A stretch of DNA of 64,000 nt from Tetramitus jugosus (Eukaryota; Protista; Heterolobosea). This document shows positions 1 through 10,316 of this stretch, piece by piece. Numbering within the stretch: the first letter of the stretch is position 1; the number at the start of each line of letters is the position of its first letter. The stretch covers positions 62,001-126,000 of the forward strand of contig OW569356.1 in assembly GCA_937625935.1 (NCBI GenBank). Reading direction: 5' to 3'. A program made the position numbers and the translations under genes. The notes beneath the pieces were generated by a model, which saw only the letters and a list, made by a program, of their open reading frames with translations, searched no databases and was not told where the DNA came from.

Positions 1-3000
1 ATCGACACCCAACAACAAATTGATCTACTGACATCCTTTCTATGTTTCGTTGGATAACCGAAGCGTAGCAGTCTTTGATAGCGTTTCTTTGTGAAGATTC
101 CATTAGTGCTAAACTTGCTAACAATCTCTCCACGAATACCTTATTTCCATAATTATTTTCAAATATCTTTACGGCCCACTTTTTTGCACTACTCTTATTC
201 TCCTTGCAGAGAGCTGAGAGGAGCAATGCTAGATGAGAGATTGCGAAAACTCCTTTTGTTGAATGATCGATCACAAGTTTCTCAACTAAAAGTTTGGGAT
301 CCAAATCCCTATTGTTTTTACATATAATCGACAATTCATTTTCTAAAGTTCGTTTCGCTTGTCTAATGTGTCTGATGACTATTTCGATGTTGACATCCTC
401 TAAACCAATGATTATCATTTGATCATTATCAAAGAGCGCAGAGATAAACAAAGCGGTTTCTCTGATGCAATTATTGAGTGTTCTTAGACTTGTTTCTCGG
501 TTAGACAACTTGGTTCTCAGAACTGCTTGGAACAATAAACTCTCTCTCTCAATGAAGTACAGTAAATCATCTTTTGTTTCAGAAATAGCTGCTAGTCTCC
601 GCTCTGTCTCTTGTATCATTTCTCTTAAGTCACCCAAGCTTGTTTTTGTGTTTTCGATTGGTTTCAAGGGTGAATCAGAAATCTCCCTTAGTGTCCCAAA
701 CTGATGCTCCCTCAACCAATTGAGTAGGGTGCTTAATCCTTTATGAGTTCGCTCTGCCTCTTGTAGTTCATTGTGTAGATTTTTAACTTGAACATCGAAG
801 TGTGAATTAAGGTCAATCGCATTGCAGAGCTCTACTACCTTTGGTAAATTTTTTCTCAACTGTAATAGCTCATCAATTAGTAGTAACTCACCATCCATTG
901 TTACATCTTCAATAAGTTCTGCATAGATACTCCTTATGTACTGCTCGAACGCATTGTTGTACTGTTGGGCTATCAGTGATTTGTCGTTGCTCTTAGTGTT
1001 CTTCCATGTCGAAATGAATGGGGCAATCCCTTTGTGAGTTCGTATATACACGTACGGTTCAGATCTTAAGTTCCTAATGTGCTTGGAACAGGCCATCAGC
1101 GCAGAATTGAACACGATGAGATGAACTGAACTTCTGCTCTGAACCTTTTCGAGAATACCCATGATATTCAGGAGATTATGCAGAGAGGATCCTCCAGTCA
1201 TTTGTGTTTCAAAATAAACACCCAAGAAATTATTGATCAATAGATAAAACAATCTCCCAAACTCTTTCTCTTCTCGCTTGATACTACAAATTTTGGTAAA
1301 CATTTGATTGAACCCATTTCGATGTTGCTTAAAGAATTCCCTCAAATGGTTGTTAATCTCTAATAGAATATTCTCGAATGGTTCAAACATCTTGGAATAT
1401 TCTGTGCAATGCAATGGAATGAACAAAAATGAGTCCGCGTAGTCTTTGCTTTTTGAGATCAGAGTTGTCAAAATGGATTTCATTCTGTCAAGTGAACCTA
1501 TTGAATCATTCACACACAAGAAGCCTTCAATGACACTCTTCAATTCATTTGATGTCAAATTGTTGTGTTGAATGAACTCTTGAACCAACAATACATTTCC
1601 TTCAGGCATTAATGGATATACAACCATAAACTGATCGACTCTCATCTTTCGAATGTTTTCCTTTAATGCAGAAACATAGCAATTGAGTATCGTTTTGCAC
1701 AACAAACTCTCAAACCCAGAAAACGTTGAGAAAACGCTCTCAACCAATGACTTCTTTGCATAATGCTGTTCGAACAACTTTTTTGATAGCTTCGCTATCA
1801 GGCTATATTTTCGACCACAAAGAGAAAGAGGAGCAATGCTTGATGAAAAGTTATCTTCTGTCAAGTGCTCAGCTGCAAGTCTCTCTGCGACATTCTCAAG
1901 ATTAACTTCAGATAAAATCTCTCTGAAAGCTAACAACTGATAAAATAAATCAGGAACTTGATCAGGAAGGACTTGCAGTTTAGGGAACATATTTGAAGCA
2001 AGTATATCAATATAAATCCTTGCAAAAGATGGAACCTCACTGAATACCAATCGATAGTCAACCCTCCTTCGTCCTAATTGAAAATTATACCACATCTCTT
2101 TGGCTTTCGTGTTGGTGTTGGTGGTTAGTGTTTCATGCGTCATGCATATAATTGTCACAATAAAGTCTGTTTCAGGTGTCAGCTTCGCTCTTAACTTTTG
2201 AAGCTGCTGAAAGACATCAGTGAATGGAATATCGGAAATCAATCGTGGATTGTGGCAAAGCCACTGCAAAAGCGTCAAAAAAGTACTATCGTACTCCTCT
2301 CTTCTATTTGAACAACCTAAATACACTTGAGCCTTCAACAAGAGGTAACAAATGAGTGGTCCTCTTCGCATATTTTCGATGTTTTGCCATAGCTCCAAAC
2401 AATACCGTCCAGCAGTGGATGATGGTTTTTTGGTTCCATCGAATAAGTAATCCAATCTCCCGTCCACACATTTGATACCCCTGTTAATTATGTGCAGATC
2501 CAAAGCTCTTCCTTGTTGGCATTGTTGCAAGTGCTCTATCATATCACTCCATTCATTCTCAGGCTCCAATATCGTACTGACCGTAGAAGTCAAACTCCGA
2601 AGTCCGCTTCCAATTACTGTCTTCACTTCGGAATTACCCCCACTGTTTTTTGGCTTTGTTGATAGACACAACTCGATGAGGTTTTGTAGAAGCTATATTC
2701 ATGTATGTTAGTGTTCTATTCACCACCTACACATGTCCATGGACGAAACGCTACATACCAGTTCTAATTCCCCATTATAACCAAAGTAAGCTTTCTTTGG
2801 ATCCCACAACACGATCAATTTGTGTTTCTTACACAACTTGGAAAACTCTTCAAAGTTGGCTCTCCTCGGTAAATGGTCAGAAACATAATTATTGGATTTG
2901 TCAAACTTTTTGACAACTCGAGCAAGAATTTTTCCACCTCCTAATTCTTTCACGGTCCAATTGTCATCCACTACTTTTTTGCTACCGTATCCATTGAATG

Positions 3001-3061
3001 ACAACCAGGTTCGGAAATGTTCGCTGTCCTCTTCGTCCGAGATATACTTTCGATAACTCAT
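1..3061 (-). CDS. Large helical protein (>990 aa, 3'-partial) with N-terminal calponin-homology-like domain; exons 3061-2759 and 2692->1
   Basis: The 113-aa ORF 3061..2720 joins through a 66-nt intron (2758-2693; GTATGT donor, ACTAAC branch, TAG acceptor, phase 0) to a minus frame that I read open to position 2. The ORF track misses it because there is no stop in the window. The N-terminus (FRTWLSF...KELGGGKILARVVKKFD...NFEEFSKLC...LELLLQNLIEL) resembles a CH domain. Confidence 0.8.
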
Positions 3062-3214
3062 TTTTCAGAATGTGTTTTTCTGAGGTTTCTGGTTGATGTG
3101 TCACGGAAAGCACTTTTCTGCAGGAGTCCCTTCATCTGTCACAGTCGTTGAATCGGAAAATAAAAAAGCGGGAAAGTTCGAACACATAAAAAAACGGAAC
3201 ACACAGAAAAAAAC

Positions 3215-3983
3215 ATGATTAGAGACGAAGAAGTCTATTCATCGATTGATGACTATGACACCAAAAGCTCATCACAAGGAATCAGTAGCAACAACAATAA
3301 TACAACAACTGAAGGACCAACAATGAAACAAATCACTGATGTTGACTATAGCTATGATGGTCAAGATGGAGCTACATCAACCATTTCACTTGAAGATGAA
3401 TACAAGATCTTGAACAAGATACCTGTAACCACTGCAATTCAATATCTCTATTATGCTTTCTTGGTTCTCACAGTGTTGAGTTCATTAAGCTTAATCGTAT
3501 GTGTGCCTATTTTTTTTTTGATGATCTTTCAAGGATCACAAAGAGCTCTCTAATTGTGTGAATCGTTTGTTTTTTGGGTGGGTCAAAATTCTCATTTTTA
3601 TGGTTGTTTTTTTTTCTGTGCGTGTGCTTTTTTGTGTGTCTTCTTCTTCTTTGTAGTCTGTGGGTCAAGCTCTGGTCAGTCTCATTTTTATTGGTTACGG
3701 CCAATTTTTGTCCAGTATCATGGGTGTCGCTGGTGTCGTGCTCTTTTTTAATTTTGGCGACACAGTTGCAAAGAGAAGACAAGCTCTGATTTTTGTCGCT
3801 TGTTTCACAGCTCAAATCGCTGTTGTTTCATTCGTGTTGTTCATTGTGTTGATTTATTGGTTGATTGCGGGATTGTATGGCGCTGGAGGACCATTTGCAC
3901 TCACATTGATTGTCATGTTCCAGTGCTGGTCTCAAATACTTGTGGGAGCGCTCATGTCATGGAGAATGTACGTTCACTTGTAA
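3215..3983 (+). CDS. Small multi-pass (about 4 TM) membrane protein; exons 3215-3496 and 3657-3983
   Basis: An intron at 3497-3656 (GTATGT...TTGTAG, phase 0) joins the two track ORFs in frame; several hydrophobic helices. Confidence 0.75.
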
Positions 3984-4260
3984 CAAGCGCTATTGATCCT
4001 TGGATCACAACAACCATTATATCCTTATAATTATTATTATTATTATTGAATAAACTCTGATGTATATGATCCTACCGCTGTTTTCATCTCCCTTGAGCTT
4101 TTTGATTCTCTGATCTGAGAGAACTTCGCCTTGAGGGAAATGCAGAGAATGACCTGGGAACCATCTGGATCCCAGATAACAAAAGATTCTGCTGGTCGCG
4201 AGCTTCCCAAAAAATTCCTCTTCACAACAAACCAACAATCAAAAAAGAAGAAATGAAGCA

Positions 4261-6525
4261 ATGAACAATCAACAGCAATCACCCCGAAGTCGAGATGAAC
4301 AACCACTCAAAAAGAAGAAGACCAAACAACGAACAACCAGTAGTAGAACTTCACTTGATATTCTTCGCCACTTTGATGATGATTGTCACTTTTATGACCA
4401 TATTCCAACTCTACGACATGAGCAAGAGAGTGATACTCGTTATGACATGATGACAACAATGAAATCAACACCCAGAATTCTTGTTGATCCTCATCATCAT
4501 CATGACAATAGTAGTAGTAGTAGTAGTAGTGATAGTAGTAGGAGTCAAAGTGACTCTACAATAGGTATCATCACAACGGCAGCACAAGTAGGAGTAGTAG
4601 AAGATTCTGTTGCTGCGTCCATGAGACGAAGGACACCTCTATTGACCATTCATGAAGAATCAACGAGTATCATTGTGGATGATGACCATCACAACAACAA
4701 CAATGGCAATTTATTGGAAAATCATAATCACATGAAACAACGAAGCTCGTTGAACAAGGATCATCGAAAATTGTTTGTCAAGTGGAAACGATTGCCCAGT
4801 GAGAGAACATTGAAATTGAAGCGAAAGATTGTGGAAACTGCGCATCACAAGTCAAATTCTGGTCGGTTGTTAACTGTGAATTCGTTGCGAAATTTGAGAG
4901 AGTTGAACGAAGAAAGTTTGATTGAGGAGAATGATGGTGAGAGTGTCCAAGTGTTGGATGATGCTTCGGTGATTAATAGTACGAATGATAATCACAATGA
5001 ATTGAAACAGGGAGGAGAGGAAGCAAGTTGTGAGGAGATGGATGATGTGGACACGTGTACGAGTGATACAACGAGTCATAGACCACTTGCGAAACGGCCA
5101 AAACCTGTCAAGAATGACTATTTGAAAGCGCTGCAAACAATGATGCATGGCTATCCGAGTGTGGATGATTTTAGGAATATAGAGAATCATCAACAAACGT
5201 TGGCAGAGGACGAAAATATAGTATTGTTTGATTCGTTTGATGATTTGAATCGAGTCAAGTGTACAGTGATTGATCTCGCGTATGCTCTGATTTGTTATGG
5301 TATAGCGTCACATCGATTAGAGTACTATGCTCAAATGATTGGATTGAACTATGGCTTAGTGTGTGACACGTGGGCGAATCCTACTGGCTTATTCATTACG
5401 TTTGAGGAGGCATATGTGAAGGAAATCGATCCAGCAGGTAAAGTAGTGACAAAACTCATTCCAAAATCCAATCACTTTGTGAAGGTGAAATCTAGTGGAT
5501 TAAACTTGGTAAAATTGAACTTGTTGGAACAATTGGCCGAGAATATCATGGAAGGCGATTTGACAATTCGAGAGGCAAGAAAAGGTGTTAGAGATATCAT
5601 CGACGCTGCACCAGTTCACGATCATTTTATGTTGTTGATTCTTGCTCGCTTCTTCTCTTCAATGATGATGTCCATCATGTTCAATGCCAATGCAGCAGAA
5701 GTGTTGGCAGCGAGTGTAGCAGGGTTGGTTTCTGGTCTCCTTGCAGTGGTTGCTCGGAACTATGACAACTATGGCCAGGTAAATGTGATTTGTACGGGTA
5801 TAGTCTCAGGAGCGATTGCTATCGGGTTTAAACTCTTGCTACACAAGTATTACCACGTGTCAGACTTTATTGTTTCAATAGCTGGTGTTGCTCCATTGTT
5901 ACCGGGATTTGGTATTACGGTTTCAGTTATGGAATTGAGCGCTGGTCAAATTGTCTCCGGTTCATGTCGGCTAATATCTGCATTTCTCACAGCTCTTCAA
6001 GTAGCATTCGGTGTGTTAGTTCCTCACAAGTTTGGATCACTGATACCATTGTATCTACAGATGATTGATCGAGATCATTCACCGAATCCAATCTGGGTCA
6101 AGGCCATTCTTTTACCTATCAATATTGTGGCCCTTGTCATCTCCTTGAGAGCACCTATCGAGCCAGTATCACTCATTTTCACCGTAGTGACATGCTACTG
6201 TAGCTTTTTCATGACGTCGATACTGAACACTTACACTGGATCGAAAACAGTGTCCACTTTTCTAACAAGTGTCACCGTAGGACTCATATCTAACATATTT
6301 GGTTGCATCTCAAGAAAGCACAGTGGAATTATCGTGTGTACTGTAGGAATTGTGTTTCTACTTCCAGGATCTCTCAGTTTTCGGTCGATTCAAGCCTTCT
6401 TGAACGATGATGCCTCAGGGGCGGTGAAGTTCATAGCTGATGTTGCCAATGTGTCAATTGCTCTGACTGTGGGACTTTTAGCCAGTAATTTTATCATTCC
6501 TAGCATGAAAAAACTTCGATGGTAG
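4261..6525 (+). CDS. ThrE-family (threonine/serine exporter, Prm10-like) membrane protein with long disordered N-terminus
   Basis: DLAYALICYGIASHRLE...NPTGLFITF...GLNLVKL, LLPGFGITVSVMELS and FLLPGS motifs; about 10 TM segments in the C-terminal half. Confidence 0.85.
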   Translation: MNNQQQSPRSRDEQPLKKKKTKQRTTSSRTSLDILRHFDDDCHFYDHIPTLRHEQESDTRYDMMTTMKSTPRILVDPHHHHDNSSSSSSSDSSRSQSDSTIGIITTAAQVGVVEDSVAASMRRRTPLLTIHEESTSIIVDDDHHNNNNGNLLENHNHMKQRSSLNKDHRKLFVKWKRLPSERTLKLKRKIVETAHHKSNSGRLLTVNSLRNLRELNEESLIEENDGESVQVLDDASVINSTNDNHNELKQGGEEASCEEMDDVDTCTSDTTSHRPLAKRPKPVKNDYLKALQTMMHGYPSVDDFRNIENHQQTLAEDENIVLFDSFDDLNRVKCTVIDLAYALICYGIASHRLEYYAQMIGLNYGLVCDTWANPTGLFITFEEAYVKEIDPAGKVVTKLIPKSNHFVKVKSSGLNLVKLNLLEQLAENIMEGDLTIREARKGVRDIIDAAPVHDHFMLLILARFFSSMMMSIMFNANAAEVLAASVAGLVSGLLAVVARNYDNYGQVNVICTGIVSGAIAIGFKLLLHKYYHVSDFIVSIAGVAPLLPGFGITVSVMELSAGQIVSGSCRLISAFLTALQVAFGVLVPHKFGSLIPLYLQMIDRDHSPNPIWVKAILLPINIVALVISLRAPIEPVSLIFTVVTCYCSFFMTSILNTYTGSKTVSTFLTSVTVGLISNIFGCISRKHSGIIVCTVGIVFLLPGSLSFRSIQAFLNDDASGAVKFIADVANVSIALTVGLLASNFIIPSMKKLRW

Positions 6526-6724
6526 AATGTTTGTCATTTCGAGCATGTCAGTCAGTTTTCCGTAAATTACTCTTCTGCGGATCCAGGAACTGGCTTTTCT
6601 GAACACTGCTCCTCGAAAACGTTGAACTTTTGCATGCCATGAAAATTCTTGGGACTGGATTAATCTCACCAGATCCAGAAGCATAAAAAACCAAAACTAA
6701 GAACTAGCAGGACAACCAAGTTTA

Positions 6725-7852
6725 ATGTCAAATCTTCAAGTCACTACCAAGCTAGACAAAGTGATCTTTACTGATCCAAAGAGACAGTTGCACAATTTTC
6801 TGTCAGTGTCCTTCCATAGAACTCTGCGCTTGCCAGATGATGGAAAAGTATACCCACTTCCACCTTCATTGGGTCAATTTCCAGTGCGCAAGGTAGATGA
6901 CTACTTGGACACGGTTCCAGAGTCGTGGAAACAACACGGTGGCGTTTTTATTCCCATGTATCAACGAGAGGCCATGTGGATCTCTTTTGACCTCAAACAC
7001 AATGTGTTTCCAAAGGCCATTAAGGTTGCTGTCGGAAAGGTAAATGTTATTACGGGAGAAGAATGGACAGAAGAGTTGCAGGGCAAGGGACAGAACAAGG
7101 GTCAAAACTATTGTGTTGCACCTGTTCAACGCTGGCTCGATGGTATAAATAATGGCGAGGGAACCATTAGGCAGTTTGTTGCGATGCCACTTGGTCAAGG
7201 ATATTCTGTGGAGGCACAAGTCACGGGGAAGGAAGAGTTTGGAGGTCTACAATTGAAGGTGTTTGATTCCGTAGAGGAAAAGAGAATTGAACGATTTGGA
7301 ACAAAATTGCGTCCAGAATCTAATTCTTATCGCGGTCGTGGTGGTGGTAGAGGTGGAGGAAGAGGTGGTAGTCGTGGTGGATCTCATATGGATGGAAGAA
7401 AAAGGAAGAGATCTTCTGTTGTTGATGCTAGTACGGAAGAGACAGAAATGGGATTGAGTGCTGGAGGCAAAATGAAGCAAAAGATTATTGAAGATCCATA
7501 TGGTTTGTCGTTCTGGGATGAGAATACTTCTGCGCGAGTGTTCGTCCATATTGTCAACAGTGAAATGTACAAGAAGATTACGGGTAGTGCCGCTCCACCC
7601 ACTCCCATCACTGCTCAGTCGTACACTGACCATGGTTACGCTTGGTTTGATCAATATGAAGAAGGAACTCCCTCTGTTTCTGAGAGTGCTATTCTCTCTG
7701 AAGTGAAGAGTGTGAAACAAATGGATCAGGAGAAGTTTACGGAGGAACAGCAAGATGACACTTCTGTACAGATAACAAAGGAACAAGTGATTTCTCTTCC
7801 TCCACCGAAAGGTATCCCTAAGAATTCGGTTCGTGATGGTGAATGGAACTGA
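6725..7852 (+). CDS. Conserved uncharacterised protein (RTLR-PDDG...LPPSLG-FP...MYQREAMW family) with an RGG insert
   Basis: Motifs FHRTLRLPDDG, GGVFIPMYQREAMWISF, QRWLDG, RQFVAMPLGQGYSVEAQVTG and MGLSAGGKMKQKI match, from memory, a family seen in bacteria and fungi. Confidence 0.7.
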   Translation: MSNLQVTTKLDKVIFTDPKRQLHNFLSVSFHRTLRLPDDGKVYPLPPSLGQFPVRKVDDYLDTVPESWKQHGGVFIPMYQREAMWISFDLKHNVFPKAIKVAVGKVNVITGEEWTEELQGKGQNKGQNYCVAPVQRWLDGINNGEGTIRQFVAMPLGQGYSVEAQVTGKEEFGGLQLKVFDSVEEKRIERFGTKLRPESNSYRGRGGGRGGGRGGSRGGSHMDGRKRKRSSVVDASTEETEMGLSAGGKMKQKIIEDPYGLSFWDENTSARVFVHIVNSEMYKKITGSAAPPTPITAQSYTDHGYAWFDQYEEGTPSVSESAILSEVKSVKQMDQEKFTEEQQDDTSVQITKEQVISLPPPKGIPKNSVRDGEWN

Positions 7853-8032
7853 AATTCAGTTATGAATAGTAAGCTATCGTTAGTAAAACATGGTATAAAT
7901 TGACATCGATTTTTATGCCTCGCTCGTTGAACAACAATTCTTGAAATTGAAGAGAACATCCCATTTTTTCCGAAGTTAAGGTTTTCTTCGCTTGTGGAAA
8001 CAAACCAACACGAACACAGGACATTGGCACAT

Positions 8033-10087
8033 ATGGACAGAGTTTGGGATTGCATTACCTGTGCTGTTTGTTGGCCAGCAATCGTGTACGTCTCGTGTAG
8101 AATGCTCCACAGTCGAAGCAAGCGAAGAACCAGAAGAAGAAGTGGACGTCTCGACAGTACTCTTCAGGCACAGTGTCACAATGTGGATCGAGGTCAATAT
8201 TGGTTGCTACCTTCTCTGAAACAAGCTGCAATTCAAGGTAATTTATTGGATGAGGACGAGAGCAAGTGTAGACAGCGATTCGCACAGGATATGGATCGAT
8301 TTTGGCGCGAGATGGTGTTGGGACAAGATGGATCGTTAATCATGATGGAGCAGCTGGACTCATTGACGATCCAATATTGGGTACCTAGGGATGATGGTGA
8401 TGATAGTGATGAGAGAAATAAGAGGAGACAAGAAAAGCATCGCTTGTGGTGTCACTTGTCCATCTTTCGTTCCAATGTATCCAACGAAATAGCATCTCGG
8501 ATCGAATCTGTAGTGGACAAGGTGGACAAAGATAATCACACGCCTAATTCCGAGTTTTTATTATGTATGAATGATGTCCCATGCTCTGAAGTTGTGTTGG
8601 ATGTCATTGTACGAACCATGTACACTGGACAAGTTCGCGCTGACTATTTCGGTGACTTGTATTTTGATGTTTCAATGCTTCGGGACCCAACGCTAGTGAG
8701 TCAAACTGAACTATCAAAAGAGGAGGATCATAGACTAGATGTGTGGATACGTACTATGTGCGAATTGTTTGCTGTTGCTCAACATTTGCAGATGCACAAT
8801 GATAGTATTAAATCATTCCTCTATCTCCAATTGGACGAATTGACTCGTCATGGATTCTCTCACAACCTTTTTACTCGGACCACGATATTAGGATCGACGC
8901 TTCTGGATACCTTTTTGTCGCACGTATCTGCATCATCACAATCCCAAAGATTCAGATCACTTACTCTGGCTCAGCCCGAGTGGAATATATATGAACAAAG
9001 GAAAAGTCATGGTGATATAATATTGAGACTCGATACAGATGATTATACGGAGTCTACCAAACAGTCAGTCGTCTTACACAAGTCTGTGTTGATGGCCCGG
9101 AGTGAATATTTCAGGAATATGTTTTTGTCACGGATGAGCGAGTCGAACATGCCGCAAGTGAAACTTCCACTATGTCAGAGCTACTTTGTGTTGAAGTCGT
9201 ATGTATTTTATTTGTATCATGGATACTTGTGTAGTGAGGATCTTGGAGAGATTGGCGTTGAACTGATTGGCATAGCCAAATTTATGAACGATGTTCATTT
9301 GATGTCCTTGTGTGAGGAGGCAATTGCCGAAAGAGTTGATGTAACCACTATCATCGAGTTGTATAGTATTGCAAAGGATATGTCACTCAGTGGACTAGTA
9401 TCAAGATGTGAAAAGATGTTGGTATACTTGCGGGAAACAGGAGAAATGAAAAATATCCCTGCCTTTGACATGAATGAAATTACAAAGCAGTATCAGCTTT
9501 CGTATCAGTTTCAACGTGCTGAGTGTCTGGAGGGGATTTGCAACTCATTATATCTACAATGCGTGTTCATTGTTGACGAGTGCCAGGACTTTGACTTTTG
9601 GAGAGTTGTACATTCATTCTTGATTCGAAACGGTGCGATTGGGAAACAGTTCGATGAAAAGCATCTCTCAAATGCCAATCATTTCATTCAGTTTAAAGAC
9701 TCAAGCAATTGTTGTCCTGCCAAAGTGAAGTTTGATGCTATACCGACCTCCGATCTCGCTGTAGAGCAAAGGTTGAGTGCGCTCAAGCCGAATCATTTGT
9801 TTTTTGTTACCTCAGCTCGTAATGTCACAGAAGCGACAGTGAAGCGTGCAACAGAATTGTATGACATGATACCTCCTAGAAACTTCAATGGTTGTGATCA
9901 CTTCTTTACACTGGTGATAGGTGATAGCCATATCACCCAAGTTGTTGATACCACCAAAGTTCGTTCCACCCTACCCTCTCGTCTGGTCAATTTCTGCGAA
10001 CTTGGACCACTGGAGGACTCTTCTGAAATTATTGATCACATGTTCTTCTCAGCTTTCCAAAGGCCTCCACTACAAGTTATCCAATAG
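8033..10087 (+). CDS. BTB/POZ domain protein
   Basis: GDIILR...VLHKSVLMARSEYFRNMF...MSES...YLYHG followed by BACK-like helices; a second degenerate BTB lies N-terminally. First ATG at 8033. Confidence 0.8.
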   Translation: MDRVWDCITCAVCWPAIVYVSCRMLHSRSKRRTRRRSGRLDSTLQAQCHNVDRGQYWLLPSLKQAAIQGNLLDEDESKCRQRFAQDMDRFWREMVLGQDGSLIMMEQLDSLTIQYWVPRDDGDDSDERNKRRQEKHRLWCHLSIFRSNVSNEIASRIESVVDKVDKDNHTPNSEFLLCMNDVPCSEVVLDVIVRTMYTGQVRADYFGDLYFDVSMLRDPTLVSQTELSKEEDHRLDVWIRTMCELFAVAQHLQMHNDSIKSFLYLQLDELTRHGFSHNLFTRTTILGSTLLDTFLSHVSASSQSQRFRSLTLAQPEWNIYEQRKSHGDIILRLDTDDYTESTKQSVVLHKSVLMARSEYFRNMFLSRMSESNMPQVKLPLCQSYFVLKSYVFYLYHGYLCSEDLGEIGVELIGIAKFMNDVHLMSLCEEAIAERVDVTTIIELYSIAKDMSLSGLVSRCEKMLVYLRETGEMKNIPAFDMNEITKQYQLSYQFQRAECLEGICNSLYLQCVFIVDECQDFDFWRVVHSFLIRNGAIGKQFDEKHLSNANHFIQFKDSSNCCPAKVKFDAIPTSDLAVEQRLSALKPNHLFFVTSARNVTEATVKRATELYDMIPPRNFNGCDHFFTLVIGDSHITQVVDTTKVRSTLPSRLVNFCELGPLEDSSEIIDHMFFSAFQRPPLQVIQ

Positions 10088-10316
10088 GGGGAGTGTTCTA
10101 TTGTTTGGCCAGAAGATCGGAGTGGTAAATAGAAGACCTACCCACTAGATCCAAAGAATGAAGGAATGATGAGACGGGGTTTCGTCAGTTTTCCTTGTAT
10201 TCGTCGTAACTTCGGAGTTTTTTGCTGTGTGAAATTCAGTGTTGGAACTTGCCAATTTTCCGATAACATTTTTCAAGGAGAACAAAAAACAAAAGAAACA
10301 AAACACAAAAACAAAA

